This document shows, in pieces, positions 9,329 through 20,310 of a stretch of 42,308 nt of DNA. Position numbers and translations under genes: made by a program. The notes beneath the pieces are model-generated. The model made no database searches and was not told the origin of the DNA. It saw nothing but the letters and a program-made list of their open reading frames with translations. The stretch is taken from the NCBI GenBank assembly GCA_019057865.1, contig JAHLWP010000036.1, forward strand, positions 1 to 42,308, in the 5' to 3' direction. Position 1 is the stretch's first letter. Each line of letters starts with the position of its first letter. The DNA comes from Promethearchaeota archaeon (GTDB lineage: Archaea; Asgardarchaeota; Lokiarchaeia; Sigyniarchaeales; SOKP01).

Positions 9329-10189
9329 TGATATTTATAAGATCTTTTTTAGGATCCACTATTTTTAGTATTTCTTTCAATCGGATTCTGTCTTTTATCT
9401 TTTATATCTTCATTAAGGATTATTTTATGCATATGACCATGATAAATTATAATTTTTATCATTTTCTCTTTAATTATTAAGTACTCCTGCATAATTAGTG
9501 TATAAGTCTCTCAAAATAAAATTGAGACACACCGACAAATTTTAAAATTCTTAGAGTAGAAGACTATATTTTTCTAAAAATTAGAAAGATAAAATGTGTT
9601 ATTTAAATACTTGTTTTAAAACTTCTAGTTACTGAATTGATCACTATTTTAACTTATTTTATAGAGAGGACTGCGAGAAGGATTAAAAAAAACTTTATGA
9701 GAAAATCTCTTAAAATCTTAAATTTTCTGAAAACCTAAACCTTCTCGTGAATTCTCTTATCTTAAATATTTATATAATTCCAGTATTTTTTTGTTTAGTT
9801 TTTAAAGGTAGGTATAAAGCAATTAATAAGAAGGGAAACAAAACTTTCAATCTCACATTGGATTTCGCCCTCAATTTACTTATTTTATTTCAGATTTGAA
9901 TTTTGTTATCCTTCTTTCCTATTTCTATATAGAATTCAGTCTCATGAAAATTTCTTGAATTAATCCGAATCTATTTTATTAATCCATTAATAAAAGCTCC
10001 GCTCTCAAATTTATATAAGTAAAATAATAGTATATGTAAAATCTGAGAAAAAGAGTACTTTTTCCATAAATGTCATTGTAAATAATGAATCTATCGGAAT
10101 ATACATTCTATTTGGATATTAAATCTGAAAATTAAAAATATCATTATAAAAAATAAGGAAAATTAATCATAATTTTGATAAGATGAGAT

Positions 10190-10492
10190 ATGAGTTCGGG
10201 TAGAATTAACAACAAGAGATTTGAAAGTGCAAAAGAAAATTATAAAATTAAGGAATTAATAAGTCTAGATAAGAAAGAGGTTCAATTAAAGAGAAAATTT
10301 AAAGAAAATTCTCATAATCAATTAAACAAAGAAATTATAAATGATTTGGACGATAATTTCGATATTATCAAAAGCCTTCATCTTATCTTATTAAATTGTT
10401 CAACTTTAACAAAAAAGCAAAAATTCGAATTTTGTAATAGCCAAAGATATTTCATGAAACTATACTTAAAAGAAATACTCAGAAAAACCTAA
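10190..10492 (+). CDS. hypothetical protein
   Basis: 100-aa ATG-initiated ORF in an otherwise empty region. Confidence 0.5.
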   Translation: MSSGRINNKRFESAKENYKIKELISLDKKEVQLKRKFKENSHNQLNKEIINDLDDNFDIIKSLHLILLNCSTLTKKQKFEFCNSQRYFMKLYLKEILRKT

Positions 10493-10552
10493 TATAATTA
10501 AATTCATCTTCTATTTTTAGAAAAAAAAAGATGTTTTAATGAATATTTAGAT

Positions 10553-11122
10553 TTAAAAATATTCTGTTGACGTGAAAAGTAAAGCAAAACAACCATAAAA
10601 GATACCAATTATAACACCTAATCCTGTTGTGAAAATCGCGAAATCTATTATAACGCCTGCAGGATCACCTGCATCACTCAGAACATAAACTCTCCAGCTT
10701 AAAACAATAACAACACTTACCATTGTAGCTAAAAACCATCCTAATAAGGCTTCAATCTTATTCTCTGCGAATCTTCCTGCCAGTATAGCAGCAACTAAAG
10801 GAGCTGCAACATAGCCAATCAGTAATACGATAAAACCTAATTCTAGATCAGATACTTCTAAAACAACGTATAAAATTGATTCAGGACCCATTCCTTGATC
10901 TGGAATTAAGGGATCCGCGTAAAGTGTTCCTGCAATAATTGGACCAAATAAGGGTCCAAATAATGGTTCCAGAATAACTGATAAGTCAGTTTCAAGAGTA
11001 TTGAAAAAAGCATCTAATCCTCCATCAATGAGTGCGTATCCAATAAAGAAAAACACCACATTTAGTCCAATGAAAACTACTAAGCTCAATCCAAATGATT
11101 TAGCAAAACTCATAACCATCAA
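10553..11122 (-). CDS. integral membrane protein (about 4-5 TM segments)
   Basis: Multiple long hydrophobic stretches. Confidence 0.8.
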   Translation of the reverse strand: MMVMSFAKSFGLSLVVFIGLNVVFFFIGYALIDGGLDAFFNTLETDLSVILEPLFGPLFGPIIAGTLYADPLIPDQGMGPESILYVVLEVSDLELGFIVLLIGYVAAPLVAAILAGRFAENKIEALLGWFLATMVSVVIVLSWRVYVLSDAGDPAGVIIDFAIFTTGLGVIIGIFYGCFALLFTSTEYF

Positions 11123-11375
11123 AACATTTTTAATTTCTTTCCAGTTTTAAATTGAATATATTAGATATTTTATTTATAAATATAATTAGCCTTTAAACGT
11201 AAATATAATTTTTGTGATAAATTCTTTTGTTTTTCTTAGATTTTACTAACTTAAATAAGGATTATAGAAATGTTTTTTGATAAAATAAGAGATTTATAAC
11301 CAAATTAATATATTAAGATTTAGGATTCAAATCAATAATTTAAATAATAGTTTTCTCTTATTATAATGATAATCG

Positions 11376-12413
11376 ATGACAAATAATAACCAAAGTTTCA
11401 CAGTTGGGAAACTCAAACATAAATACTTAGCTAGAATGCTAAAAGATTTTGCTTCAGATTTAATAAATCAAGATAAAAGAGTAATTATAGGCTCTAAAAT
11501 CGGAGAAGATGCGGCTGTTATTGATATGGGTACTAAGTATCTAGTAGCAAAAACAGATCCAATAACATTTACAACAAATGAGATTGGATACTATGCTGTA
11601 AATGTGAATGTTAATGATGTTGTCTGTATGGGAGCAAAACCAAAATGGTTTCAATCAACAATTTTATTACCAGAAAATAATACAACAATCGATTTAATTG
11701 AAGATATATATAAAAGCATCCATGATACTTGTAAAGCTATGAAAATAACTGTTATTGGAGGTCATACAGAAATTTCCTTAGGACTTAATAGGCCTATTGT
11801 AATTGGTTCTTTATTAGGGGAAGTTGAGAAAGAAAAACTAGTTTTAACATCAGGAGCAGAACCTGGTGATGCTCTAGTATTGACTAAAGGCGTTTTTATT
11901 GAAGGAACCTCTATTATTGGTCGAGAAAAAGAACATTTACTGACAAAAAAGGAGTATTCTTCTGATTTTATAGAAAAATGCAAGAATTATCTTTATCATC
12001 CAGGTATAAGTGTTTTTAAGGAAGCACTCTTAGCTAATCAGCATTTTCATATTAAATCAATGCATGACCCTACTGAAGGGGGTTTAGCTTGTGGAATAGC
12101 TGAAATGGCAATTGCATCTAACACAGGAGTATTGATAGAAGGAAATAGGATTGATATTTTACCTGAACCTTTAGAATTAAGTAAAATTTTTAATTTAAAT
12201 CCATTGAATACATTATCTTCTGGATCATTATTAATTGCTATAGAAGATGACTATTCTTCAGAATTGATTAAAGTATTAAAAAAGAATGATATTAGTGCAG
12301 AAAAAATTGGAGAGATCAAATCAAAAGAGAAGGGATTAATGATCAAAGATAGAGACGGTAGAATTAGTCCTCTTAATTACTCTGAGACAGATGAAATTAC
12401 AAAGATTTTATAA
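11376..12413 (+). CDS. AIR synthase-related (PurM/HypE/ThiL superfamily) protein
   Basis: IGEDAAVID, KTDPIT, NVNDVVCMGAKP, GGHTE, MHDPTEGGL. Confidence 0.88.
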   Translation: MTNNNQSFTVGKLKHKYLARMLKDFASDLINQDKRVIIGSKIGEDAAVIDMGTKYLVAKTDPITFTTNEIGYYAVNVNVNDVVCMGAKPKWFQSTILLPENNTTIDLIEDIYKSIHDTCKAMKITVIGGHTEISLGLNRPIVIGSLLGEVEKEKLVLTSGAEPGDALVLTKGVFIEGTSIIGREKEHLLTKKEYSSDFIEKCKNYLYHPGISVFKEALLANQHFHIKSMHDPTEGGLACGIAEMAIASNTGVLIEGNRIDILPEPLELSKIFNLNPLNTLSSGSLLIAIEDDYSSELIKVLKKNDISAEKIGEIKSKEKGLMIKDRDGRISPLNYSETDEITKIL

Positions 12414-12586
12414 TTTACCTAAAGATTAATCTCAGAAAATAATAAAATTCAAATTTAGCAGATATTAACAGAATTATTATTGTTAACTAATATTTTTATT
12501 TTCTAAATTTTATTTAATATTATATATACTTTTTAATATTAAGGGTTGTTTTATATTGGATTTTAACATTTCAATTTAATGTCTGT

Positions 12587-14515
12587 TTGAAAATGGCTAT
12601 TGAAGATTTACAAGATATTTTAAATTTCATAGAAGAAAGAGCTATAGGGAAAAGTCCCAATTATAAAACGGAAACAAACATATTTTTTGAAATTTTAAAA
12701 AGGAAAAAAGATCAGTTTGAACAATTTAAAAAAGATATTAAAGCAAAATGGAATGATTTTAAGTTAAAAAATCAAAAAAAAGTATTAAAAAAAACATTTA
12801 CCACCTTTTTTTATGAGAATTTTCATGACTTTTTTAAGTATTTTGTTGAAAATTTTTTTGGAATTAATGAAAACTCATTAAAAATAATAATTAAAGAAAA
12901 AATCTCTGAGAAAATTTTAATTTTAGAATATAATTATTTCTTAACTCTAGAAGTAAAGAAATATTTTGATAAAATTTCTAACAGCATACAAGAAGATTTA
13001 TTATATGTTTTTTCATTTCCAGCAGGATATCTATATTTACTTATTCGACTTTTAGGAATTGTAATCAGAAAGACAATTAATAAAAAAATCTTTATCTTAC
13101 TTGATGGCGTAAACGTTAAAGAAGAAGAAAAAGGTATTGATCTGAATTTCATGATAATAGTAAAGGATAGTAAAGATGCTATTTTTAACTCTTATTATGA
13201 CATGGTTTTATATTATTTTCTTAAATATTTTAAGGGTGTTCCAGAAGAATTTTATGAGAAATTATTGAAAGGAAGAGAAAACTTATATCAAATTGCTTTA
13301 GAAGAATATCCAAATTCAAAAGAAAATTTAGTTGATCTGTTGTATTATTTCTATAGAAAATGTAAATTATTACAAAGTTTTTCTCCCATATTAGATTTTA
13401 TTAATTTTGTTGGATCTCGAGTAGAAGATTCTGTGTTTTCCAAGATTGATATTATTAAAAAAGGTTTTTTAGCTAATATGGAGTATAGTGTAGAGAAAAA
13501 AAATTCAATAATTAAAATTTTCAATTTTCTTGACAAAAAATCTACTTTATATGCTACATTTCAAGCAAATAACCTTCCATCAGCAAAATCTCAATTAAAT
13601 CTATTTTTATTATATATGAAATATTATTTTGGGAGTGGGCTTGAAGCTTTAGAAGTAAGTGATATATTATTTTTACCTGAAATATTTAAAACTACATTAA
13701 ATCAGTATAATAAAAGAGTACATAATGTTATTGATTCTAATTCAATTAAAAATATTGGTAAGTTTTTGAATTTTTTATCTATCGCTTCAAATATAGATGA
13801 TATCGATTTATTTTTTCAAAAAATATTTAATAAAAATGTTTCTCAATTAAACTATGGATTTTTTAGGGCTTTTTTAAAGAGTTTAAATTCAAACTTTTTT
13901 GATCTGATGGATCGTGAAAATGAAGCCTTATGTGAGAATCCAAATAATACTCCATTTAATTTTAATATTATTGCAGACCATATTTGTAGAATTCTTTATG
14001 TAATAATAGAGAAAATATTTATTCAACCCACTCCAGATGAAGCATCAAAGAATTTCATTGATCCACGTAGTCGTTATATTGGTAAAAATATAGCCTTAAG
14101 AGTTTTAGAATTGTTTGTTTTCCAAGATATAAACTATTCGGATGATGTTTGGCCAGATTATATTATCAGTTTAAATAAGGAACAGCTTAAAAAAGATCTG
14201 GAAACTTATAAGATTGAGATTCCAGATAAACATTTTTATACAATGGAAGACTTGACGCAAATTATGATTACTTATAATATACAATCTCTTTCAGATCAAA
14301 TCTTTTTTGAAGAATGGTTATTATTTGAAATTATTTTACCAATTCATAACTTTATCTCGATGATTAAGGATTCAGTAAATAATCTTTCAAATGAAACTGA
14401 AGTCTATGAAAAATTAAGCGAATTTTTTCTCTCAAATACTGAAGGGAAAAAAAATTTACAAGATTTCAAGTTTTTATGTCATCAGTTTGCTAGAGTTTGG
14501 AAAAATTTTGAATAA
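12587..14515 (+). CDS. hypothetical protein (probable ATG start at 12593)
   Basis: 642-aa ORF, helical-looking, no recognised motif. Confidence 0.8.
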   Translation: MKMAIEDLQDILNFIEERAIGKSPNYKTETNIFFEILKRKKDQFEQFKKDIKAKWNDFKLKNQKKVLKKTFTTFFYENFHDFFKYFVENFFGINENSLKIIIKEKISEKILILEYNYFLTLEVKKYFDKISNSIQEDLLYVFSFPAGYLYLLIRLLGIVIRKTINKKIFILLDGVNVKEEEKGIDLNFMIIVKDSKDAIFNSYYDMVLYYFLKYFKGVPEEFYEKLLKGRENLYQIALEEYPNSKENLVDLLYYFYRKCKLLQSFSPILDFINFVGSRVEDSVFSKIDIIKKGFLANMEYSVEKKNSIIKIFNFLDKKSTLYATFQANNLPSAKSQLNLFLLYMKYYFGSGLEALEVSDILFLPEIFKTTLNQYNKRVHNVIDSNSIKNIGKFLNFLSIASNIDDIDLFFQKIFNKNVSQLNYGFFRAFLKSLNSNFFDLMDRENEALCENPNNTPFNFNIIADHICRILYVIIEKIFIQPTPDEASKNFIDPRSRYIGKNIALRVLELFVFQDINYSDDVWPDYIISLNKEQLKKDLETYKIEIPDKHFYTMEDLTQIMITYNIQSLSDQIFFEEWLLFEIILPIHNFISMIKDSVNNLSNETEVYEKLSEFFLSNTEGKKNLQDFKFLCHQFARVWKNFE

Positions 14516-14532
14516 AATTTATTTTTATCAAT

Positions 14533-15048
14533 TTATTTAATATTAAAAATTTCTAAAAATCTCTTAAAATCCTTTTCAATATTAATTATTGGCAAATCTA
14601 AGTAATACTTTTGATAGTCTTTCATTAAACAAATTGACCCAGAAATCATTTTTACATTTTTCGTTAACTGAGATTCAACATCATCAAAATTTTTGATACA
14701 TAATACAGTTGGATAATTAAGTTTTCTAAAACCTTCTGTAAATATGAAGTCTGTTTTATATGGACCATTTTTTAGCCATTCTATTATTGATTTAATATCA
14801 GCATCTTTTTTTAGAAAAATTGTCGTCTCATTATCAATATTTTTTAAAACAGAATAACTCGCTCCTGCTTCAGAATATTTGTATGAATCTTTTCCCTCTT
14901 TATCAATTTGATGCTCATGAATAAATTTGATCACAGAAACTTCTTTATTCAGAATCTTTTTTAATAATTTTATAGCATTCAATATAAAGTGCGTTTTTCC
15001 AGTTCCAGAATATCCAATAACACTGATCACTGATGTCATACATAACAA
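14533..15048 (-). CDS. mobB: molybdopterin-guanine dinucleotide biosynthesis protein B
   Basis: P-loop GYSGTGKT, DKEGKDSYKYSEAGA, FTEGFR. Confidence 0.88.
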   Translation of the reverse strand: MLCMTSVISVIGYSGTGKTHFILNAIKLLKKILNKEVSVIKFIHEHQIDKEGKDSYKYSEAGASYSVLKNIDNETTIFLKKDADIKSIIEWLKNGPYKTDFIFTEGFRKLNYPTVLCIKNFDDVESQLTKNVKMISGSICLMKDYQKYYLDLPIINIEKDFKRFLEIFNIK

Positions 15049-15364
15049 CCTTGATTTTAGCCTTTTTAATTCATAGATTTCTATAAATTAGTCGGTAATA
15101 AAAGTTATGATCTATTATTAAGTGAATTTTAATTGGCCTAAATATAATAATATAACTATTTATATATTTATTGTTATGCAAATTACTATTACAATGAAAT
15201 ACTAAGGATAGACTTTGATTTAAGTGTACTAATTGCTATTTTTATAAGAAAATAATTCAATCACATTTTTTTAAAAGTATTCTATTATTATAAATATCTG
15301 AAAAATTATAAAAAATTAATATTAGTTAATTTTATTATAGAATAAAAAACGCTCTCGATATTTT

Positions 15365-17362
15365 ATGTCTTTCCATAAACAGCAAATTGTGTTTGATGCA
15401 AATTTTTTTATTTGTATGAATTCAATTAGAGCACGGGATATTTTGGGAAACTTAAATAAGGTAGCTTTAGATTTAGGTTTCGAGTATTATATCTCAGAAG
15501 TTGTTTTTAATGAGATTAGAGCATCTCACTCTTTTTTAGACAAATTCAAAAAAATAATTAATATTATTAAAGTTAGAAAGGATGAAATAGCTGAGATTAA
15601 GTTAGACTTAATATCTCACAATATCAGATTTCCTGCTCAAGATCCGGATTTAACTCTTGTTGTATTGGGAAAAAAACTATTGAAAGAGAAAGAAAATGCT
15701 GAAGTTCATTTAGTAACAGATGATTTTAAGCTAGCTAAAAATACAAATTTATTATATAGAGGTAGAATAAACATTCTATCACTCTCAAGTTTTTTATTGA
15801 AAATTCAAAGAACTATCTCAAAACCTCAAATGCGTAGTTATTTTAAGAATATTTGGAAACGAAGTCTAAACTATACACTTTCTTATATGATTGAACGTTC
15901 AAAAATTTATCCTGCTGAAGAAAAAATCACATGGTTGATTGAGAGGGCTGTGAGTGTAACAGAGAGTAGTATTATTTCTTCTGATTTAGAGATAGAAAAT
16001 CCAGATGTAGGAGTAAAGTTTGAAATCGGCACAACACAATATGCTGACGATATTGAACTAGCAGAAAAATATATTGATAATCAAGATCTTCCTGCAAGTA
16101 AGGAAGAGAAAATCGCAAGTATAATTAATTTTCTTGAAAATTTAAAAATCTCTCGCGAATATATAATTCGAGCTCGAGAAGCAATTGTAAAAAACATACC
16201 TAAGGACGCCGTAAAATTTTTGAAAAAAGGAAATGGATTCTTATCATCCCTACTACAGTTAGCAGCAGGACAGTTAAACAAGCGAAAAGATTATGAAATT
16301 GTAGAACAATTAATATGTTCTGAAATATCAAAAATGGAATTTTTAAGAGGTTTCATGTTAGTATCTTTAGGGCGAGTAAATGCCGCAATTGATTCTATTG
16401 AGAGAGCAGCATTATTTTCCACCATTATTCACAACTTTAAAACATGCTTAACTTTAAATTATTTAAAGGCTTTAATATTTCTTTTTCACGGATTATATAA
16501 ATCTGCGATATTACAATATAACTTCACTGAAGAATTGGCAGAGATTTATGAGGATGACAAACTTAAATTAAAATGTGCTATAGGAAAAGCTATTGCTATA
16601 TACATTCAGGGGGGAGATAGGGGTGCAGCTATGGATATTATGGAAGAAATCTCAAGCATGGATCTAGAAGAAAATTTTTTAGATGCCATTATTGTATTTA
16701 GTGAATTAGGTGATTATTTTTTAGCATTAGGGCATCCTCAGATTGGTGCTAATTTATATAATCAAGCTTTAGAAATATCTATTGATTACAAATTACCTTT
16801 TAAAAGTGAAATTTTAATAGAAAAATTAAAAAGAGCTTATATTGCTACAGTACTGCAAGGTTATAGTGCTGAAGATATTACTGGAGGTAAATTGGATATT
16901 TTACTAGATAAAGCATATTCTGTTAAAGATGTGGAAAAATATAATGAACAGATTAAAAAGATCTCAAGTTTTAATGTTTTATTTTATACACCCTTTCCTT
17001 ATATTACAGGCAAGAAAAAAATAATTCAATTTTCAAAACTTCCAAAAGAGCTTCAAGAGAACTATTTAGAAGTAGTTCATTTTGAAAAAATAAATGAAAA
17101 CAAAAATCAAATTCTATTTATTGTTTCACATTATGAGTTAGGATTATTCGGAATCAAAGTGAAAACCAATGAAAATATCACTGGAATTGCTGAAAATTAC
17201 ACACTTAAGATAAAGCCAACAGCGAAAGTAAAAATATACAAACCTGATGAGGATCTTAGGAACATTTACTTGATTAGAGCTATTATTGAAATTACTCAAG
17301 AAAATCAGTGTGAAATTATATATACTTTACCAAGTTTTTTCAAAAGTATTGGAATTGATTAA
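15365..17362 (+). CDS. PIN-domain protein fused to TPR-like helical repeats
   Basis: PIN acidic motifs VFDANFFI, VFNEI, DPDLTLV, LVTDDFKL; later TPR-like segments such as LGDYFLALGHPQIGANLYNQALEI. Confidence 0.8.
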   Translation: MSFHKQQIVFDANFFICMNSIRARDILGNLNKVALDLGFEYYISEVVFNEIRASHSFLDKFKKIINIIKVRKDEIAEIKLDLISHNIRFPAQDPDLTLVVLGKKLLKEKENAEVHLVTDDFKLAKNTNLLYRGRINILSLSSFLLKIQRTISKPQMRSYFKNIWKRSLNYTLSYMIERSKIYPAEEKITWLIERAVSVTESSIISSDLEIENPDVGVKFEIGTTQYADDIELAEKYIDNQDLPASKEEKIASIINFLENLKISREYIIRAREAIVKNIPKDAVKFLKKGNGFLSSLLQLAAGQLNKRKDYEIVEQLICSEISKMEFLRGFMLVSLGRVNAAIDSIERAALFSTIIHNFKTCLTLNYLKALIFLFHGLYKSAILQYNFTEELAEIYEDDKLKLKCAIGKAIAIYIQGGDRGAAMDIMEEISSMDLEENFLDAIIVFSELGDYFLALGHPQIGANLYNQALEISIDYKLPFKSEILIEKLKRAYIATVLQGYSAEDITGGKLDILLDKAYSVKDVEKYNEQIKKISSFNVLFYTPFPYITGKKKIIQFSKLPKELQENYLEVVHFEKINENKNQILFIVSHYELGLFGIKVKTNENITGIAENYTLKIKPTAKVKIYKPDEDLRNIYLIRAIIEITQENQCEIIYTLPSFFKSIGID

Positions 17363-17394
17363 AAATTCCTTTAATTTATTCAAAATATGAGTTA

Positions 17395-17670
17395 TTACCC
17401 ACTTTTACGTTCAATTTTAGCTCTCTGTGAAATCCTACCCTTATGAATCGCACAGCTCACACAAAGATATGATTTTTTTACTGGTGTTTGAATAATAGTG
17501 CCTTGTTTTTTTAATTCTGAATACATTCTATAATCTACAAGATTAATTTTTTTAGTAAAAGCTTTTGCTTTACTTCTTGGTATGTGTTTGCCACAATTCG
17601 AACATTGAACTAAACTATATTTTCCTTTGCTCGAACCAGACTTTCCTCCCGATTTTCGTTTCTTTGGTAT
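17395..17670 (-). CDS. rps26e: 30S ribosomal protein eS26 (ATA start; missed by ORF track)
   Basis: Manual translation (M)PKKRKSGGKSGSSKGKYSLVQCSNCGKHIPRSKAK...YLCVSCAIHKGRISQRAKIERKSG-TAA; GAGGT Shine-Dalgarno 7 nt before the ATA. Confidence 0.93.
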   Translation of the reverse strand: MPKKRKSGGKSGSSKGKYSLVQCSNCGKHIPRSKAKAFTKKINLVDYRMYSELKKQGTIIQTPVKKSYLCVSCAIHKGRISQRAKIERKSG

Positions 17671-17792
17671 AATTATAACCTCGTTTTAGATTGTTTGTAT
17701 TAAAACTTCTAAAATTTTAAGTATTAGAAATAGAGAAGGCTTAAATAATTTATGGATTCTTGTAGAAATGTTAAAATAGATATAAATTCTTT

Positions 17793-18515
17793 TTATGTAT
17801 TGTTTAAATCCATTTCTTCTTTATTATCATTTGAATTTTTTAAGGATTTAAACGTATACAATAATCTGTGCCCTACTGTTAAAATAAGCAAGAAAGTATA
17901 ACCCAATATAAAAAATAGGAAAAACCAGGTTACTGGTTTTGAAGTAATAATTGGATTGTATATAGTCCAAGGTTTTCCTGTCATTAATTCCGAAAAATAG
18001 TAAAACCATGTTTCTAAAGTTAAGGCAATCATAAGAAATATTAGTCTTTCTGCTCTTTCCATAAAGCCAATTCCCTTCATATAAATCCCTTCATTTTCTG
18101 CTCTTGCTCGAATATATGAGATCATAATAATTAGAAACATTATTACATAACCAAGTAAAAAATGAACAAAACCACCGTATATTAATCCAAGTATAAGCAC
18201 TGCATCAGAAAGTCTATCTAAATTTGAATCAAGGAAAGCACCGGATTTGGTAATATTGTCAGTTCTTCTAGCAACTTCACCATCAAATACATCAAAGGCA
18301 CCTGCCCAAAACAGTAAGAATGGAACAAGCCAAGCCAACCAGAAAAAATGATGAATAAATCCCAATACTATGAGAAACGCTGCTCCTAAGGAACAAACAA
18401 AACCTAAATATGAAAGTGCATTTGGAGAAATGTTATGTTTAATTAGAAATTCTACTGGGCCATCAATAAATTTGTTTGCAAGTTGTTTTTCTCGTTTCCT
18501 TTTATCTCCACTCAA
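17793..18515 (-). CDS. CDP-alcohol phosphatidyltransferase (archaetidylinositol-phosphate synthase/PgsA family)
   Basis: Signature FDVFDGEVARR...GAFLDSNLDRLSD; ISYIRARAE; GFMERAER. Confidence 0.9.
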   Translation of the reverse strand: MSGDKRKREKQLANKFIDGPVEFLIKHNISPNALSYLGFVCSLGAAFLIVLGFIHHFFWLAWLVPFLLFWAGAFDVFDGEVARRTDNITKSGAFLDSNLDRLSDAVLILGLIYGGFVHFLLGYVIMFLIIMISYIRARAENEGIYMKGIGFMERAERLIFLMIALTLETWFYYFSELMTGKPWTIYNPIITSKPVTWFFLFFILGYTFLLILTVGHRLLYTFKSLKNSNDNKEEMDLNNT

Positions 18516-18578
18516 ATTAATTTCAAGATCCTTTAATTTAAGTAATACTTTTAAAAGTTCTTTTTAATAAAAAATTTA

Positions 18579-19175
18579 TTATAATGGCTTTAAATGTAAT
18601 TTAATTAGTCGTATAACTGATGAAGCTAAATAAGATTGAGTTCCTATACTAAGATTTGGAAGATTTAAAGCTTGTAATTCCTTTGAATTAATAAATTTGC
18701 CTTCTTGACTACCAATGACGAATATAACATTATCCTTTTCTTGAATGATATTTCTTAATTTAAAAAAATCTTTACCATCTTCTTTTAAAACAACTATACA
18801 ATAATTCCTTTGTTGATATTTTTTTATTGCTTCAATAATACTCAATTTAGAGATTTTAATAGAATTCAGTGGATTCTGATTTAGTTTTTCTTTTGAATTT
18901 AATTTTTGAAGGAAATTAACAAAATAATCTGTAAGCATTAATTCATTTTTTGGAAAATTCGCATAATCTAGCGATTCTGGATTGAAGACATATGTACCAT
19001 AATTATCCAAAAATACCCAAATTTCAATTTTTTTTTCAAAATTATTATTACTTAATATTGCTGCAAGAATACACCGTGATATTACATCTAATCGACCAGA
19101 AGATCCAGGAATATCTTTAATAGTGTAGTTTTTAAGATCAGCTGTTGCAGATTTAATAAAAAATATCAGATTCAT
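18579..19175 (-). CDS. trmY: tRNA (pseudouridine54-N1)-methyltransferase
   Basis: DIPGSSGRLDVISRCI; SPOUT motifs LKEDG, FVIGSQEG, SIGTQSYLASSVI. Confidence 0.85.
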   Translation of the reverse strand: MNLIFFIKSATADLKNYTIKDIPGSSGRLDVISRCILAAILSNNNFEKKIEIWVFLDNYGTYVFNPESLDYANFPKNELMLTDYFVNFLQKLNSKEKLNQNPLNSIKISKLSIIEAIKKYQQRNYCIVVLKEDGKDFFKLRNIIQEKDNVIFVIGSQEGKFINSKELQALNLPNLSIGTQSYLASSVIRLIKLHLKPL

Positions 19176-19329
19176 AAAAAAATCAAAAAGTAATTTCTAA
19201 TATAATAAATAGAAATTACTCTCTAATTAATTTGGCATTATTTTATTAGATTAGAAATTCAGAAATAAATAGAGAATTAAATCAATCTTTTTATAAAAAA
19301 TAATAATAGGAAAAAAAATTTTACACTAA

Positions 19330-19635
19330 TTACAGATTCTTTTTTTTATGATAAATTATAACGTAGAAAACTGAAATCATTACAGTAATAGAAATAAGAA
19401 TCCCAATAATGCCTGCTCCAAAATCACTTGTTATCCAACTCAATATTGGTTCCCAAGGAGATGCTAAATTCTCTAACCATGATTCACCATTTTCGGCAAT
19501 TAATACTCTTTCTAATCCATCTGGGTCTTCTGATAAAATCCCTATTGCGAATCCAACAGCTATCATAACCATTAATACACTAACAATTACAGCTACTGAA
19601 AGAATTGGCCATTTATATTTATTAGTAACACTCAT
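19330..19635 (-). CDS. PDGLE-domain membrane subunit of Co/Ni ECF transporter (NikN/CbiN-like)
   Basis: SEDPDGLE motif between two TM helices; directly downstream of cbiM. Confidence 0.85.
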   Translation of the reverse strand: MSVTNKYKWPILSVAVIVSVLMVMIAVGFAIGILSEDPDGLERVLIAENGESWLENLASPWEPILSWITSDFGAGIIGILISITVMISVFYVIIYHKKKNL

Positions 19636-19638
19636 CTT

Positions 19639-20310
19639 TTATTTTACCCCCAACATTAATTCTGTTGTTATAAAATCTGGCTTTGTCTTATATATATAAA
19701 ATATAATCAAAGCAGAGATGATTGCTTCTCCTATGCCTATTAAAATATGCCAGTAAATCATCGCAGGAATAGCAATTTCAAAAGGGATTTCTCCAGAAAA
19801 ACCTAATTCAATACCACAGATAAGTGAGGCAAACACTATAGCAATATAAGATCCAATCGCAGTGGCAATTGTAACCTTCATTTCTTTTTTAATTGATGTA
19901 TTATTCAATAGTCTTACAATAAACACTACAATATAAAATCCAACGATACCTCCAATTATTCCCATATTGAAAGTATTTGCTCCTAAAGCAGTAATTCCCC
20001 CATCTCCAAATAAACTTTGCACAACTAAAATTAAAAACAATACAATAACAGATGCCCATGGACCTAATATAACTGCAACTAAAGTTCCTCCCACTAAATG
20101 ACCTGATGTACCTCCAGGAACAGGATAATTTACAAATTGAAAAGCAAATATTACAGCTGCCAATACACCAATATATGGTATTAATTTTTCAGAATCTTCG
20201 TTTTCAAAAACCTTACCCATCTTGAAATATCCAAGAATCATTACTATAATAACAACAATCGAAAGGGTAATTAACATTATGGGATTAAGTAATCCATCAG
20301 GTATATGAAT
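19639..20310 (-). CDS. cbiM: Co/Ni ECF transporter substrate-binding subunit CbiM/NikM (ATT start)
   Basis: Extending the ORF-track call by 11 codons gives (M)HIPDGLLNPIML...; GGTSGHLVGG, GDGGITALGAN; AGGTGA SD upstream. Confidence 0.92.
   Translation of the reverse strand: MHIPDGLLNPIMLITLSIVVIIVMILGYFKMGKVFENEDSEKLIPYIGVLAAVIFAFQFVNYPVPGGTSGHLVGGTLVAVILGPWASVIVLFLILVVQSLFGDGGITALGANTFNMGIIGGIVGFYIVVFIVRLLNNTSIKKEMKVTIATAIGSYIAIVFASLICGIELGFSGEIPFEIAIPAMIYWHILIGIGEAIISALIIFYIYKTKPDFITTELMLGVK

Noticed and set aside
9330-10189. Possible genes or selenoprotein in the 860-bp gap (37-codon minus-strand ORF at about 9349-9462; a TGA-interrupted frame near 9800-9950)
   Set aside because: These are short, stop-ridden fragments with no motif, Cys-homology context or SECIS support; probably decayed sequence.
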